DNA of 64,000 bases from Podarcis muralis (lineage: Eukaryota): positions 12,152,001 to 12,216,000 of the forward strand of contig NC_135667.1 of NCBI RefSeq assembly GCF_964188315.1. The letters run 5' to 3'. Position numbers and translations under genes: made by a program. Position 1 is the stretch's first letter. Each line of letters starts with the position of its first letter. Positions 62,127 through 64,000 of the stretch are shown piece by piece. The notes under the pieces are model-generated. The model was given only the letters and a program-made list of their open reading frames with translations, was not told where the DNA came from and made no database searches.

Positions 62127-62378
62127 TAGTGGTACCTTGGTTCTCAAACTGAATCTGTTCCTGGAGTCCGTTCGACTCCCAAAACTGTTCAAAAACCAAG
62201 ATGCAGCTTCCAGTTTGGCTGCAAGAGCTGGAGGAACTTCCTGCACTCAAGCAGAAGCTGCATCGGAAGTTCGGCTTCCAAAACACGTTCACAAACCAGG
62301 ATACTTACTTCCGGGTTTGTGGAGTTTGGGAGCCAGTTTGTTCAGGAGCCAAGACGTTCGAGTACCAAAGTACCACTG
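62127..62378. mobile_element. Tc1/mariner-Tigger-type MITE
   Basis: TA|TAGTGGTACCTT...AAGTACCACTG|TA. Confidence 0.8.
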
Positions 62379-63230
62379 TACACTTTTGAAGTGTCCTCCA
62401 AAAGAAGGGAGAGGGAACTTTGACCCAGCTTCACTTTCAGATGCCCACACAAAAGTGAAACAGACAGCTTTCAACATATTGTAGAGAAAGTACGTCTTGG
62501 GAGGAGTTCACTCCTGTTTTGCTGAAGGGTCTGGCTTCCCCCCATTACCAGTGGCAGAGCCACACTGAGCTAGGTCCACCACCACTGAGAGCTAAGATCT
62601 CAGAGAGGGGAGGGAAATAATAGACTGCTCAGCCAAAATTGACCATCTGGGTGGTATATGTTGAGCGGGTGGCAGATGGATCTACCTGCCTTGAAGGAGA
62701 AGTTGACCTCCAATGCACCCTTTTGCCTTTCAAGCCTGTGATATTTTGGCCGGTCTGCAGACGGACAGCTCACAGTCCTTTTTCTGAGACAGAGATAGAC
62801 AGTGACACTGGAACCAGCCATGTCTCAAGAGTGTGACTAGAGCCATGATGAAGCAGAAAAAGAATCCCCATCCAAGGTCACGCCTTACAGTCATCTCTCT
62901 GATTTCACTAATGCAAATTGTATTGCATAACAAACAGAGCAGGATGCAATCAGGATTGGTGGAGGGAGGGCAGAGAAGAGGAGGCAGTCATCTTCCCAGC
63001 TGGTTCCCCACATAAAGGAGGGTTTATACAGGGGAGAGTGCTACCAATGGTTGATGAGGCTTGAGGTGTAAATGTATTTATTTAGAGGGGGGAAATCACT
63101 AACCCACTTGATCAAAATGTTTCTGAGTGATATACAAAGAAAACTGGAAATAAAGCACAACTAAAACCCACAGCCTGATTAAAACAAATATACATAATGG
63201 TATCATCTTTAAAAACATTATATAAACATA

Positions 63231-63612
63231 GGACGCGGGTGGCGCTGTGGCCTAAACCACTGAGCCATTTGGGTTTGCCGATCACAAGGTCGGCAGTTCG
63301 AATCTGCACAATGGAGCGAGCTCCCATTGCTCTGTCCCAGCTCCTGCCAAGCTAGCAGTTCAAAAGCATGCCAGTGCAAGTAGATAAATAGGTACCGCTG
63401 CAGCGGGAAGGTAAACGGCGTTTCCGTGTGCTCTGGTTTCTGTCACTGGGTCCTGTTGTGTCAGAAGCGGTTAAGTCATGCTGGCCACATGAGCCAGAAA
63501 ACTGTATTTGGACAAACACCAGCTCCCTCGGCCTGAAAGTGAGATGAGCGCCACACCCCATAGTTGCCTTTGACCTGGACTTAACCGTCCAGGGGTCCTT
63601 TACCTTTACCTT
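63231..63612 (+). mobile_element. Sauria SINE
   Basis: GGACGCGGGTGGCGCTGTGG 5' end, (ACCTTT)n tail. Confidence 0.9.
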
Positions 63613-64000
63613 CACACACACACACACACGCAACCTCATTAAAAATATAAATGCAATAAGTAACACATTTGAAACAGATACAGGCAACTAAATGGAACTT
63701 CCATGTTCATAAGCAGTATACCTCTGACCACCAGATGCCGGGGGCAAGGGACAAGCCACAGTGGGTGGGTATCTCCTTCATGCCTGGCTGGTGAGCTTTG
63801 CGGCAGTGTCTGAGTGTCCACTATTGGGAAAAGGATACTGGATTCAATGGACCTTTGATACGAACCGCACGGCACAGCACAGGCCTAGCACTGAGCAGAA
63901 GTCGTCTTGTTTTGCTACCCCATTTGCTGGTGGAGAAACACACACACTTTTCATGCTAGAAACATTACCCAATTCAATGCAAAATGTCAAAAATAGAAAA

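Noticed and set aside
62480-64000. Possible third Ig-receptor copy at the window end
   Set aside because: No leader exon, mini-exon or Ig exon found on either strand.

Overview
Vertebrate genomic DNA, most likely from a squamate (lizard), inferred from Sauria SINEs and a Bov-B LINE. It has three N gaps. The left half (1-34.5 kb) is a vomeronasal type-2 receptor (V2R, class C GPCR) cluster. On the minus strand are gene A (exons 1-4 visible, Bov-B LINE in intron 4), a doubly truncated pseudogene, complete gene B (6 exons, 886 aa, apparently a recombinant mosaic) and an exon-6 pseudogene cut by CR1. On the plus strand is complete, divergent gene D (6 exons, 882 aa). The right half (37-61 kb) holds two tandem spliced genes that the ORF track misses. 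Each has a 31-nt leader exon, a 39-nt leader mini-exon, two 297-nt Ig-domain exons and a final coding exon whose hydrophobic segment (F-T-I-N-S-x-I-F, resembling the FcRgamma-docking motif of activating Fc receptors) ends at the stop codon, leaving no cytoplasmic tail. This FcR/LRC-like receptor pair is the best candidate for an undescribed system. Copy 1 also carries a 4.5-kb RTEX-like LINE nested in the target-site duplication of a Sauria SINE; its ORF1 and ORF2 are in frame and separated by a single UGA-C stop. All exon boundaries and alignments were derived by eye, with no database searches.
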